A DNA stretch of 64,000 bases from an uncultured delta proteobacterium (GCA_963793115.1 CAWBYV010000020.1:262124-326123), one strand, 5' to 3'; shown: positions 19,516 to 31,351, numbered from the stretch's first letter. Notes: generated from the letters alone by a model not told the origin. Numbers and translations are program-made.

Positions 19516-20207
19516 TGCCACCGGCGATCGTCGAGGCGCGCCAATTGGCGATGAATTTCGGCGCGACACCGGTCCTGCGCGCGGTCGATCTCCGCGTCGA
19601 AGCCGGCCGGGGCGCGATCATCACGGGCGGCAACGGCGCCGGCAAATCGACGCTGCTGAAGCTGCTCGCCGGAATCAATTCGCCCAGCCACGGTCAGGCC
19701 CTGCTCTTCGGCACGGAGGCCCGCGACTTGGCCGCCGGCCAGCGCCGCCGCGTCGGCTTGATGACGCATCAGAGTTTCCTCTATCCGAACCTGACCGCGC
19801 GTGAGAACCTGGAATTTTACGCTTCGCTATACGAGCTGCGATCGCCGCGCGGCGCGGCCGAGCGATGGCTGGGCCGGGTCGGACTCGCGGCTGCTTCCGG
19901 CGAGCGCGTACGCGCGCTGTCTCGCGGGATGGAGCAGCGGCTGTCGGCGGCGCGCGCGATGATTCACGAGCCCGATGCGCTCCTGATGGACGAGCCCTTC
20001 GCCGGGCTCGACAGCGGCGGCGTTGCGATCGTCGCTTCGCTGATCAAAGAGGCGATCGCGCGAAAATCCGCGGTGCTGATGACCGCGCATGGCGCTCCGG
20101 CGATCGAAGGCGTCGAACTCGAACAATTCGAGCTGAACCGCGGCTGTTTGGCCGCGCCGAAACCGGAGACCCGCACTGGGCGGCTCCGCTCGCTGCTGGG
20201 CGGATGA
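19515..20207 (+). CDS. ccmA: heme exporter ATP-binding protein CcmA
   Basis: Walker A GGNGAGKST, signature LSRGMEQR, Walker B LLMDEP. Start overlaps the upstream stop. Confidence 0.85.
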   Translation: MPPAIVEARQLAMNFGATPVLRAVDLRVEAGRGAIITGGNGAGKSTLLKLLAGINSPSHGQALLFGTEARDLAAGQRRRVGLMTHQSFLYPNLTARENLEFYASLYELRSPRGAAERWLGRVGLAAASGERVRALSRGMEQRLSAARAMIHEPDALLMDEPFAGLDSGGVAIVASLIKEAIARKSAVLMTAHGAPAIEGVELEQFELNRGCLAAPKPETRTGRLRSLLGG

Positions 20208-20883
20208 CGGCAATGGCCGCGATGTTCACCATACTCGGCAAGGATCTGCGGCTCGAGTTGCGCAGCGGGCTCAGCACGATTGCGCTGGTGTCGCTTTCGC
20301 TGCTGATCCTGGTCGTGCTGGTGTTCGCGCTTCCGGCTTCCGTCGTCGGCGCCGAGCCCGCCGCCGGCGCGCTCTGGGTTGCGATGGTTTTCTCCGGGAT
20401 GCTGGGCGCAACGCGCGCGCTGAGTGCGGAGCGGGAAAACGGATGTATCCGCGCGCTGCTGCTGAGCCCGGTCGATCCCGCCACCCTTTACGCCGCCAAG
20501 CTGGCCGCGGCGTTCATTTTCATGGCGGTCGCGGAAATCGCCGCGATCCTGATGATGGTGCTGTTCTTCAATCTCGATTTCGACTTGAGAATCGATCCGG
20601 CTCGCGCCGGTGATTCTGCTCGGCGCGCTCGGCTTTGCCGGGCTGGCTACGCTGCTGGCCGCGATCTCCGGACGGACGCGCGCGAGCGATCTGCTGCTGC
20701 CGATGCTGGCGGTGCCGATGTTCGTCCCGGCGCTGATCGCGGGCGTCAAGGCCAGCTCCGCCGCGCTGGCCGGGCGAACCGATCGCGGCGATGGGTGCGT
20801 GGCTCAAAATCCTGGTCGCATTCGATGTCCTTTTTGTCGCATCAGGCTACCTTTTGTTCGAGTTCGTGGCGGGTGAAGATTAG
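20204..20883 (+). pseudogene. ccmB: heme exporter permease CcmB; frame broken near 20595 and 20780
   Basis: ILGKDLRLELRS...ERENGCIRALLLSP, then LGALGFAGLATLLAAISGRTRASDLLLPMLAVPMFVPALIAG, then a WLKILVAFDVLFVASGYLLFEFV tail, in three frames. ATGA overlap with ccmA. Confidence 0.8.
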
Positions 20884-20895
20884 CCGCGGGAGAAA

Positions 20896-21612
20896 ATGCC
20901 GGGAGAAAAGTCGATGGGCAGCGGATTGAGAACATGGCTCGGAATCGCGGCCGGCGCGCTGATGCTCGCCGCGCTGTTCATGGTCTTTGTCTACGTTCCG
21001 ACCGAAGCCGAGCAGGGCATCGTCCAGCGGATTTTCTATTTCCACGTGCCGATCGCATGGGTTACGTTCGCCGCCTTCGGTCTGGTCGCGATCTCGGGAG
21101 TCTTCTACCTCTGGATGGGACAGCAGGTTTGGGACGAGCTGGGTTACGCCGCCGCGGAAACCGGGATGGTCTTCTGCACGCTGATGCTGATCACGGGATC
21201 GATCTGGGGCAAGCCGATCTGGGGTACCTGGTGGACCTGGGATTCCCGGCTTACGACCAGTCTGATCCTGTGGCTGCTTTACGGCGGATATCTGGTGCTG
21301 CGCGAACTGGCCGACGACACGCCCGAGACCGCGCGCCTGGCAGCGGTGGTCGGGATTGTCGGAGCGCTCGATGTGCCGATTATAATCGTGTCGGTCCGGC
21401 TGTGGCGCACGATTCATCCCGCGGTGCTGGTGACGCGGCAAGGCTCTCACGGACTGGAAGACCCCCGCATGATCGCGACGCTGCTGGTCGCGATGGCGGC
21501 CTTCACGGCGTTCTTCCTGTGGCTCTTCTGGCTCCGATTCGCGACGCTGCGCGCGCGCGAGCGTATCTCGCGGCTCAAGCTCCGCTTGGCGCTTGCCGCC
21601 GACGATGACTAG
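20896..21612 (+). CDS. ccmC: heme exporter protein CcmC
   Basis: WGKPIWGTWWTWDSRLT WWD motif, conserved His in FYFHVP, 6 TM segments. Confidence 0.9.
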   Translation: MPGEKSMGSGLRTWLGIAAGALMLAALFMVFVYVPTEAEQGIVQRIFYFHVPIAWVTFAAFGLVAISGVFYLWMGQQVWDELGYAAAETGMVFCTLMLITGSIWGKPIWGTWWTWDSRLTTSLILWLLYGGYLVLRELADDTPETARLAAVVGIVGALDVPIIIVSVRLWRTIHPAVLVTRQGSHGLEDPRMIATLLVAMAAFTAFFLWLFWLRFATLRARERISRLKLRLALAADDD

Positions 21613-21649
21613 CGTGTGTCCCCCCGGCGCGGTGGCGCGCTCGTTCCGG

Positions 21650-21706
21650 CCCTCTCCCGCTCTTTTGCGGGAGAGGATGCGCGCGTTGCGCGCGCCGGTG
21701 AGGGTG
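21650..21706 (+). repeat. REP family 1, divergent copy
   Basis: CCTCTCCCGCTCTTTTGCGGGAGAGG...GCGCGCCGGTGAGGGT. Confidence 0.6.
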
Positions 21707-21746
21707 CTGTTACCTCAACGCTTGGCAATAGGGATGGTGTGAAGGC

Positions 21747-21920
21747 ATGGACCACCTCGGCTATCTGTTCGCCGCCTACAGCGCGATCTTCATCGTGATC
21801 TTCCTGTATGTTGTTTTCCTCTGGCGGCGGCAGGCGCATCTGGAAGCTGAACTGAAGGCGCTCGAGGGAAGGCTCGCGGAGCGCGATCGCGCTACGCCTC
21901 GGTCCCGGCCCGCGCCGTAG
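21747..21920 (+). CDS. ccmD: CcmD-family small membrane protein (57 aa; absent from the ORF track)
   Basis: Own translation: MDHLGYLFAAYSAIFIVIFLYVVFLWRRQAHLEAELKALEGRLAERDRATPRSRPAP. Single TM segment followed by RRQ and a coiled tail. Lies just after ccmC. Confidence 0.65.
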   Translation: MDHLGYLFAAYSAIFIVIFLYVVFLWRRQAHLEAELKALEGRLAERDRATPRSRPAP

Positions 21921-21977
21921 GTCCGCGACGCGCTTGCAGCGCACCGATTCGCGTCTTGAACGAACAGGCATTCGCCG

Positions 21978-23091
21978 ATGGAATTTCGCGATTACTACAA
22001 GGTCCTGGGCGTCGAGCGCAGCGCCTCCGAGCAGGAGATTCGCAGCGCCTATCGCAAGCTCGCCCGCAAATTCCATCCCGATCTCAATCCCAACAACAAG
22101 GACGCCGAAGCGCGCTTCAAGGAGATCAACGAGGCCTACCAGGTTCTGAGCGACGCCGCGAAGCGCAAGAAGTACGACACCCTCGGCGCCGACTGGGAGC
22201 GCGGCGTTCCGGAAGAGGAGATGCGCCAGCGCTACGCCCGTTCCGGCGCCGGAGCACAGGGATTCGGCCCGCAGGGATTCGCCGCGGGCGGGGCCACCGA
22301 CTTCAGCGATTTCTTCGAGAGCTTTTTCGGCGGACTCGGCGGCGGGGCGCGCGGCGGGCGCGGCGCCGACGCGTTTTCCGGACATGTCCGGCGCGCGCGC
22401 CTGACCTGCACGCCGAGGTCGAGATCGCGCTCGAAGAGGCGATGTCCGGCGCGAAGCGGCGGATTCGAGCTCGCCGCGCAGGACGAATGCGAAACCTGCG
22501 GCGGCAGCGGCATGATCGCGCGTGAAGAGCGGCGCGGCAAGGCGCGCGTGATTCGTTCGGCCGAGCCTTGCTCGCGATGCGGCGGCAGCGGAATCGTCGA
22601 ATCGCGCCGGTCGCTCGAAGTCACGGTTCCTGCTGGCGCTACTGACGGGATGAAAATGCGTCTCAAAGGGCAGGGCGGGCGCGCCCCGCGTCCCGAACAG
22701 AACGGCGACCTGTATCTCACCGTCCGGCTCAAGCCCCATCGCGTGTTCAGCGTCTCGGGACGCGACCTCAGGTGCGCATTGCCGGTCTGGGACTACGAGG
22801 CGGCGCTGGGCGCGGAGGTGATCGCGCCGGCGGTAGGGGGGCGAGTCGCTCTAAAGATACCGCCCAACAGCCAGAGCGGCCGTGTGATGCGGCTCAAGGG
22901 ACGCGGCCTGCCCGGCAAGGGGCAACGGAGCCGCCGGCGATTTGATGTTCGAGCTCAAGGTGCTCGCGCCCACCGACCTGAACGACGACGAGCGCAAGCT
23001 GATGACTCAATTTGCCGAGAGCCGCCGCGCGCGATCGATCGCCGACCCGCGCGCGGAACTGCTGAAGGCGCAGGAGCTGATGAGGGAATGA
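21978..23091 (+). pseudogene. DnaJ/CbpA-class co-chaperone with a reduced zinc finger; frame broken near 22385, 22455 and 22920
   Basis: J domain (DYYKVLGV...HPDLNP), G/F region, only two CxxCxGxG motifs ([16 protein letters not shown]), C-terminal domains. Tail [22 protein letters not shown]...ELMRE lies in another frame. Confidence 0.8.
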
Positions 23092-23393
23092 CCGCGATGG
23101 CGCGCCGGATCGCCAGGACCGGACCCAGGGCGTCGAGCCGCCGCCCGACGCTGGTGAGCCGGACCGTGCTCTGCACGCTGACCGGCATCAGCGAGCGCCA
23201 ACTTACGCTCTGGGAGCGCGAGGAACTGATCGCGCCGGCGCGAATCGACGAGCTGGCCGGCCGTCGCGACCCGCTCTACGACGCCGCGTCGATGCGCCGC
23301 GTACGATTGATCCGCACGCTGGCCGAGGAACTCGACGTGAACCTGCCGGGGATCGATGTGATCCTGCGATTGCTCGACCAGTTCTCGCGCTGA
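23088..23393 (+). CDS. MerR-type HTH protein, CbpM-like chaperone modulator
   Basis: [23 protein letters not shown]...[29 protein letters not shown] overlap with the dnaJ-like stop. Confidence 0.65.
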   Translation: MTAMARRIARTGPRASSRRPTLVSRTVLCTLTGISERQLTLWEREELIAPARIDELAGRRDPLYDAASMRRVRLIRTLAEELDVNLPGIDVILRLLDQFSR

Positions 23394-23458
23394 TCCTGGG
23401 AGAGCCCTCCGTGCCGCGACGTCATTCGGCGCGTGCGGCGTGCTAAAATGGGCTCGCG

Positions 23459-24839
23459 ATGAGAGATCATCTTGAAACCACGATCGCCGGCGCGCTCGAT
23501 CGCATCGGCGTGCGTCGCGACGCCATCATCCTGCTCGCGCTTTCCGGCGGAGCCGACTCGGTCGCGCTGCTCCACGCGCTGGTCGCGCTCCGCGAGCGCT
23601 TCGGTTATCGCCTCGCGGCGGCGCATTTCAATCATCATCTGCGCGGCGATGAATCGGACCGCGACCAGGCCTTCGTCTGCGAGCTCTGCGCGCGCGCCCA
23701 GATTGAACTGGTCGTCGGCCATGCCGAGGACCTCAGCGGATGCAATCTCGAGGAGCGCGCGCGGGAATCGCGTTACCAGTTCCTGCATGTCGCTGCCGAT
23801 CGGCTGGGCGCTTGCCATATCGCGCTAGCCCATCATGCGGACGATCAGGCCGAGACCGTCCTGATCCGGCTGCTGCGTGGCACGGGGGTCGCCGGTTTAG
23901 GTGCGATGGCGGAAGCTTCCGGAATGCTGGTTCGCCCGATGCTGTCGCTCAGGCGCGGCGAAATTATCGATTACCTGAACGCGATCGGCGCGCGCTTCGT
24001 GACCGACAGCACCAATTGCTCGCCGGCGATCTTGCGTAATCGGCTCCGCGCGGAGCTGATTCCGATGCTCGAACGGGACTACGCGCCCCGAGTCGCCCGG
24101 CGGCTGGGCGAGCTCGCGGACGAGATGCGATCGCTCGACGATTTCGTGAGCGCCGCGGCCGAGGCCGAGCTTGACCGTTCGCTCGGCGCCGGCGGCGCGC
24201 TCGAGGTTTCCATCGATGTCTCGCGCTTCGCGACGCTCCATCCCGCTCTCGCCGCGGCCGTTATTCGGGCCTTGGTCCGGCGCCAGACCGGAACCCTGCG
24301 GAAACTCACGCGCGCTCACGTCGAGGCGATGCGCCGGTTGTGTCTCGGCGGTCCACCAAATGGTACCATTACCCTACCGTCGGGATGGCGCGCCGAGCGG
24401 CAATACGGCCGGTTGCAGCTTCGCAACAGTACGCCGCCCAAGCCGGCGGAGTTCCTGATCCCGATTCGAGCCCGACGGCACGACCATCGCGCCGGGGGTG
24501 GTCTTTGAGGGGGCCGTGATCGGCGTCAGGCGAAGCCGCGATGCCGGCGACACCGTTCGAGGCGCTGTTCGACACCGGCCAGATCCGGTGCGGCCTGGCC
24601 GCGCGGAGCTTCGTCCCCGGCGACCGCATCGCATCCACTGGGGATGGAGGGAACCCGCAAGGTCAAGGACGTGTTCATCGACCATAAGGTGCCGCGCTCG
24701 CGGCGCGCGGCGCTCCCGATCGTGGTCGCCGCGCGGTGAAGTTGCGTGGATTCCGGGACTGGTGCGGGGCGCTGCGGCGCTGGTGACCGATCGGACGACC
24801 ACGGTCGTGCGGCTGGTCGCGAGGCCCGGCGGTTGGTGA
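23459..24839 (+). pseudogene. tilS: tRNA(Ile)-lysidine synthetase TilS; at least 3 frame breaks between 24470 and 24720
   Basis: PP-loop LSGGADSVALLHAL, then HHADDQAETVLIRLLRG. The C-terminal domain (GTRKVKDVFIDHKVPRSRRAALPIVVAARGEVAWIPGL) is in other frames. Confidence 0.8.
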
Positions 24840-24886
24840 AACCCTCGGTTGCGTGAGATTAAACACGCATGATACCGTTTTAGGAG

Positions 24887-26822
<1,936 letters not shown>

Positions 26823-26964
26823 TCGCAGCGAGTCTTCGCGCGCCCCGCCGGGTTGCCAGCGCGATCACGGTCACGAAAAACGAGAGCCTGACCGCTCTGA
26901 GCAAACCCGTGCGCCGACCATCCACGCTCCGCGTGGCTAGCGTGAACCACCACCTGAAAGAGCT

Positions 26965-27606
26965 TTGCTCCCGAAGCGGGGCTTCTCGGTGATCGCCAAC
27001 CGATCGATAATTCGAGAGGCAGCCGCTGTGATGGCTGCAGCCGCAGAGGCGGCCATCGAGGACTATCGTCGTGGGCTCGCTCCGCAGGAGACTTCGATCA
27101 CCGACCGGATGATCGCAAACATGCAACGCGCGATCCTCGACTTCGATAAAGATGGTATCCGCTGGAGCGGGACAACGGTACATTCTCGAACCCAAGAGCG
27201 GCGGCTTGGTGCTGACTTGGTGGGTGCTCTCGATATTGCGGTAGACGGGTACAGCGTTCAAAAAGGTTTCCTTGCACAAGCAAAAATTCTTGAACCCGGC
27301 GCGGCCATACGCGACCTCGCGGCTTTACGGCGCCAATGCCGAAATATGCTCAACACCTCTGCAGCATCGTTTGTGTTTCTGTACTCGCGGTCCGGGGTTA
27401 CGATTGTCCCGGCGGTTTCGGTAGCAGGTTCTTCCGACCCTCACATATACAACCTGCATTGGCGAGGCTTGCGCAGGTTTTATGAAGAGCATTTCGCATC
27501 GTTCATCGGAGATCCCGGCCTGGGTATCTCCGGGAGAGCCGCGATCGACGAATTGATTCGAAAGACAACTGCCCGAGTCGCGTTTCTGGTTTCCGCAACA
27601 GGCTAA
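26965..27606 (+). CDS. hypothetical protein with PD-(D/E)xK-like motif spacing (low-GC island gene A)
   Basis: E42...G-A-D84-L...L-A-Q105-A-K107. Ends 14 nt before gene B, with GGAGGGG between them. Start uncertain (TTG 26965, GTG 26989 or ATG 27031). Confidence 0.55.
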   Translation: MLPKRGFSVIANRSIIREAAAVMAAAAEAAIEDYRRGLAPQETSITDRMIANMQRAILDFDKDGIRWSGTTVHSRTQERRLGADLVGALDIAVDGYSVQKGFLAQAKILEPGAAIRDLAALRRQCRNMLNTSAASFVFLYSRSGVTIVPAVSVAGSSDPHIYNLHWRGLRRFYEEHFASFIGDPGLGISGRAAIDELIRKTTARVAFLVSATG

Positions 27607-27620
27607 GCGGAGGGGACCAC

Positions 27621-29312
27621 ATGAACATCTTCGAAGATACAAACCCACGGCAGCTCAAGGAACTGCTGGGACAAATCTACTCCAGAGATGCTGCTTTACC
27701 CGATTTTCAACGAGATTTTGTGTGGGATCCCGGCGCAACTCAGGAATTGATCAGTTCGATTGCGGCGAACTATCCAGCCGGCAGCCTGCTCAGGATTCGA
27801 AACAAGGGCAATCTGTTTGCGTGCCGGGAATTCTCCGGTGCGCCATCGTTGAACGGCCATGAACCCACTTTCCTCGTGCTTGACGGTCAGCAACGGCTGA
27901 CCTCTCTCTATCAGGCTTTCTACGGAGTGGGCGACCACCAGTATTTCATCAAATTTGGAGAGCTTGTGGGTGGCGCAGATTTCGAAGATTGTATTGTCCA
28001 TTTCCGAACAAGCTCGCGGCTCGCTGGCCAGCTCAACAATTTCGCGGTGCAGTCCAGGGATCGGATCCTGCCTCTTAGTCTCCTCAAGGACGGCTATGGC
28101 GGGTTCCTCGACTGGATGCTCAAAGTCGCGGAGACCGCCGAGAGCGATAGGGAACGGCTCAAGATTCAGAAGGATTTCAAGGCTGCAGGCGAGCAGTGGA
28201 TCAGGCCGATCGACAGCTATACCTTTCCCGTTGTGACGCTGGTCGACCGCACCAGCCCTGCTGCAGTTTGCACGATTTTTGAGACTCTTAACCGGACCGG
28301 CGTGAAACTAACTGTTTTCGAACTGCTGACGGCCCGCTTCTGGCCAAAACAGATTAAGTTGCGGGACTTGTGGGAGAAGGCAAGAAAGGACTATCCGATC
28401 ATTTCAGATTTCTGGGTCGATCCGTATTACTTGCTCCAGGTCGTCTCGCTCATCAGTCGATCCGCCCCCTCCTGCAAGCGGAGTGACGTTCTCAACCTGG
28501 AGCCTTCGGCACTGAATCAATGGTGGGAGCGCGCCGTCGCCGGGCTTGCGAAGGGCTTGGAAATTCTGCGCGAAGACTGTGGCGTACTGATACCGAATTG
28601 GCTTCCGTATGACACTCTTCTGATACCACTCGCAGGCGTGATCTCAAGGGTCGGTGTCTTGAAGGGCGCAGGCGCCGGTGCCATGCGCCAGAAGCTAGCC
28701 CAATGGTTCTGGTGCTCAACCTTCGGGCAGACCTACGACAACGCCGCAAACAGCCAAGCGGCAACCGATTTAACGGAGCTTCTTGGCTGGATCGACGGCG
28801 GGACACCACCACGCTCCGTCGCAAATTTTACCTTCAATCCGGACGTTCTCGAAAATACGACACCCCGGCAGCGAGCACAGTATCGTGCCACGATGTGCCT
28901 GATCGTGAGTCTCGGCTCACGCGACTTTCACAGCGCTGCGAAACTCGATGGCAGCGTAATTCAACAGAACGGTGTCAACGATCACCACGTCTTCCCGCAG
29001 GCTTGGCTCGCTAAGCAGGGTATATCCGGGTCGATCGTCAACTCGATCCTGAATCGCACTCTCATTGACAGTTTGACGAATAAGTCGATCAACGATCGAG
29101 CGCCTTCGAAGTACATGAGAGACGTGCGCGGTTCGCTTGGTGAAAAGAAATTCGGCGAGCTTCTAAAGTCGCACCTTCTGCCACCCGACACCGAAGGACC
29201 GCTGCTCAAGGACAACTTTCAGGAGTTCACAAAGTGGCGGAAGGAGGCGATCTGGAACGAAATCAAATCCCGCACTGGCGCCCAAGATAGACAGCGCGTG
29301 CAGACTCCATAG
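27621..29312 (+). CDS. DUF262 (ParB-like NTPase) + DUF1524 (His-Me nuclease) protein, GmrSD/BrxU-like
   Basis: N-terminal LPDFQRDFVWD and VLDGQQRLTSLY. C-terminal VNDHHVFPQAWL...NRTLIDSLTNKSINDRAPSKY. 563 aa. Sampled 60-nt lines are 43-55% GC. Confidence 0.85.
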   Translation: MNIFEDTNPRQLKELLGQIYSRDAALPDFQRDFVWDPGATQELISSIAANYPAGSLLRIRNKGNLFACREFSGAPSLNGHEPTFLVLDGQQRLTSLYQAFYGVGDHQYFIKFGELVGGADFEDCIVHFRTSSRLAGQLNNFAVQSRDRILPLSLLKDGYGGFLDWMLKVAETAESDRERLKIQKDFKAAGEQWIRPIDSYTFPVVTLVDRTSPAAVCTIFETLNRTGVKLTVFELLTARFWPKQIKLRDLWEKARKDYPIISDFWVDPYYLLQVVSLISRSAPSCKRSDVLNLEPSALNQWWERAVAGLAKGLEILREDCGVLIPNWLPYDTLLIPLAGVISRVGVLKGAGAGAMRQKLAQWFWCSTFGQTYDNAANSQAATDLTELLGWIDGGTPPRSVANFTFNPDVLENTTPRQRAQYRATMCLIVSLGSRDFHSAAKLDGSVIQQNGVNDHHVFPQAWLAKQGISGSIVNSILNRTLIDSLTNKSINDRAPSKYMRDVRGSLGEKKFGELLKSHLLPPDTEGPLLKDNFQEFTKWRKEAIWNEIKSRTGAQDRQRVQTP

Positions 29313-29563
29313 GCGCCCGAGGGACTGACTGAGGTCGCGTTTCGCGTGGGCAAGGTCAACAACGCGGCGGCCAGGGAGAAGTCCCGATCGCGCTTCGTGC
29401 TGCTCGGCTGTCTTGCTCCGACTCTGCGCGCTGCGATACCCCTATTAGTGGGGCTTGTGCGCGCGAATTGACGGGGTTGGGCTGATGGGCGTGAGCAGAG
29501 CGCAGCCGGCCCAAGCACCGTCATTCGCGAGCGTCTTGCCGCCGATGGGGACCACGGCGCTCG

Positions 29564-30286
29564 ATGCATAACTACTTCAACGTCATACCGGCGCCGCGAT
29601 GGCAGGACATTGTCGATGTCCTGATCGTGGCCTACGTTTTTTACCGAATCGCGCTCCTGATTCGGGGAACGCGCGCGGTGCAGATGGTGTTGGGGCTGGT
29701 GGTAGTCGGCGTGGCGTTCGTAGGCTCCCAGGTATTCGGACTGTTCACGCTGAACTGGCTGCTGAACAATTTCCTGGGTTCGCTGATCGTGATCCTGGTC
29801 GTGATATTCCAGGCCGATATCAGGCGCGCTCTCACCCGGGTGGGCAGCCGGCCGTTTATCGGGCTGCACACCGCGCAAACCAGCGCCGGTCACGAACTGG
29901 CTCAGGCGGCGGCCTGGCTCTCGGCCCGCAAAATCGGCGCGCTGATCGTGGTCGAGCAGGATGTCGGGCTCAGCGAGTACGTCGAGGCGGGAAAGGCGAT
30001 CCAGGCGCGGCTTTCGGCAGAGCTGCTCGAGACCATCTTCATGCCCGGTTCGCCGCTGCACGACGGCGCGGTGATCGTCGAGGGAGGCCAGATAATCGCC
30101 GCCGGATGCGTGCTACCGCTCTCGTCGGATCCGGGCTCGACACTGTCGCTCGGCACTCGCCATCGCGCCGCGATCGGTATCACGGAAGACAGCGACGCGC
30201 TCGCGATCGTGGTCTCCGAGGAAGACGGGACCATCTCGCTCGCCCGCCGCGGCGAGCTTCGGCGCAAGCTCAGCCGGCCGCTTTGA
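29564..30286 (+). CDS. cdaA: diadenylate cyclase CdaA (c-di-AMP synthase)
   Basis: Three N-terminal TM segments plus a DAC domain (GALIVVE, PLHDGAVIV, GTRHRAAIGITEDSDALAIVVSEEDGTISLA). Confidence 0.9.
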   Translation: MHNYFNVIPAPRWQDIVDVLIVAYVFYRIALLIRGTRAVQMVLGLVVVGVAFVGSQVFGLFTLNWLLNNFLGSLIVILVVIFQADIRRALTRVGSRPFIGLHTAQTSAGHELAQAAAWLSARKIGALIVVEQDVGLSEYVEAGKAIQARLSAELLETIFMPGSPLHDGAVIVEGGQIIAAGCVLPLSSDPGSTLSLGTRHRAAIGITEDSDALAIVVSEEDGTISLARRGELRRKLSRPL

Positions 30287-30408
30287 TCGCGGCGTTGCAG
30301 GCGTTGCCAGGCCTAGCAGACGGTTGAGAACAGGATTTTCACAAGTGGGCGCGAGCGGCGAAATCATCGGGGAGTGCCGCTCCGTCCCCCAATCCGGAGT
30401 CCGCGCCG

Positions 30409-31351
30409 ATGTGGAGTGATAGGCTGCCCAACGTTGTGACCCGCAATGCGGGCTTGCGCGCGATCGCGCTGGTGCTGGCGGTCGGACTTTGGCTGTTCGT
30501 CAACGCCGGCCAGCACGAGGCGCAGATCTCGCTCGATGTGCCGGTCAGCTATCGCGGCCTGCCGCAGGACATCATGATCGTGGGTCAGCGTCCCGACTTC
30601 GTGCAGCTTCAGATCTCGGGCCCGCGCACGCTGCTTTCGCTGCTCGATCCGGGCAGGCTGGAGCTCCGGCTCGACCTCGCCGGGGTCAATCCCGGCCAGG
30701 TTTCGTTCCGGCTCAATCCGGAAATGTTCAACGTGCCACGTCAGACCAATGTGACGCAGATTTCGCCCTCGCAAATCGTGCTCGACGTGGATCGAATCGC
30801 GGCCCGCGAGATCCCGGTTCATCTCGACATCGTCGGGCCGGTGGAAAAGGGCTTCACGATCGGCTCGGTCGAGCTGACGCCGCCCGCGATCGCCGTCAGG
30901 GGACCGGCTCGCGAAGTCTCGCGGCTCCAGCGAATCGACACTGAACCCTTCGACGTGAAGGGCCTCACCGGCGAGGTCGATCGCGTGGTCTCGCTCGCGA
31001 TGTCGCCGGATCCGGTCAAGTTCTCGGCCCACGAAGTCGAAGCGCGCGTGAAGCTCGACGAGGTGCTGGGCGAGCGCGAGTTCCGCACGGTCGAGGTCAA
31101 GGTGCGCGGGCCCGATCGTAAGTACCGGCTTTACACTCGCGATGTGAACGTCACGGTGCATGGGCCGGTTCGCAAGCTCTCCAGCTTGAGTCTCGCCGGC
31201 ATGGTCTACGTGGACGCGAAGGGCGAGCAGCCGGGCACCTACGAGTTGCCGCTCCAGGTGGGAGCTGCCGGACGGCTTTCAGGTCGTGCGGGCGAGACCC
31301 GACAAGGTAAGGTTGCGCATCTTAAACTTGAAGGCAGGCATAAAGAGTTGA
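30409..31351 (+). pseudogene. cdaR: CdaA regulator CdaR (YbbR-domain protein); extra G near 31260 fuses it in-frame to glmM in the track
   Basis: N-terminal TM segment plus repeated YbbR-like beta domains. Removing one G from GTGGGAG restores [30 protein letters not shown] and TGA 31349-31351. Confidence 0.8.

Noticed and set aside
21955-21977. CTTGAA (sigma-32 -35-like) upstream of the dnaJ-like gene
   Set aside because: It lies only 18 nt before the start codon and has no CCCCAT-type -10 element, so the geometry is incompatible with a promoter.
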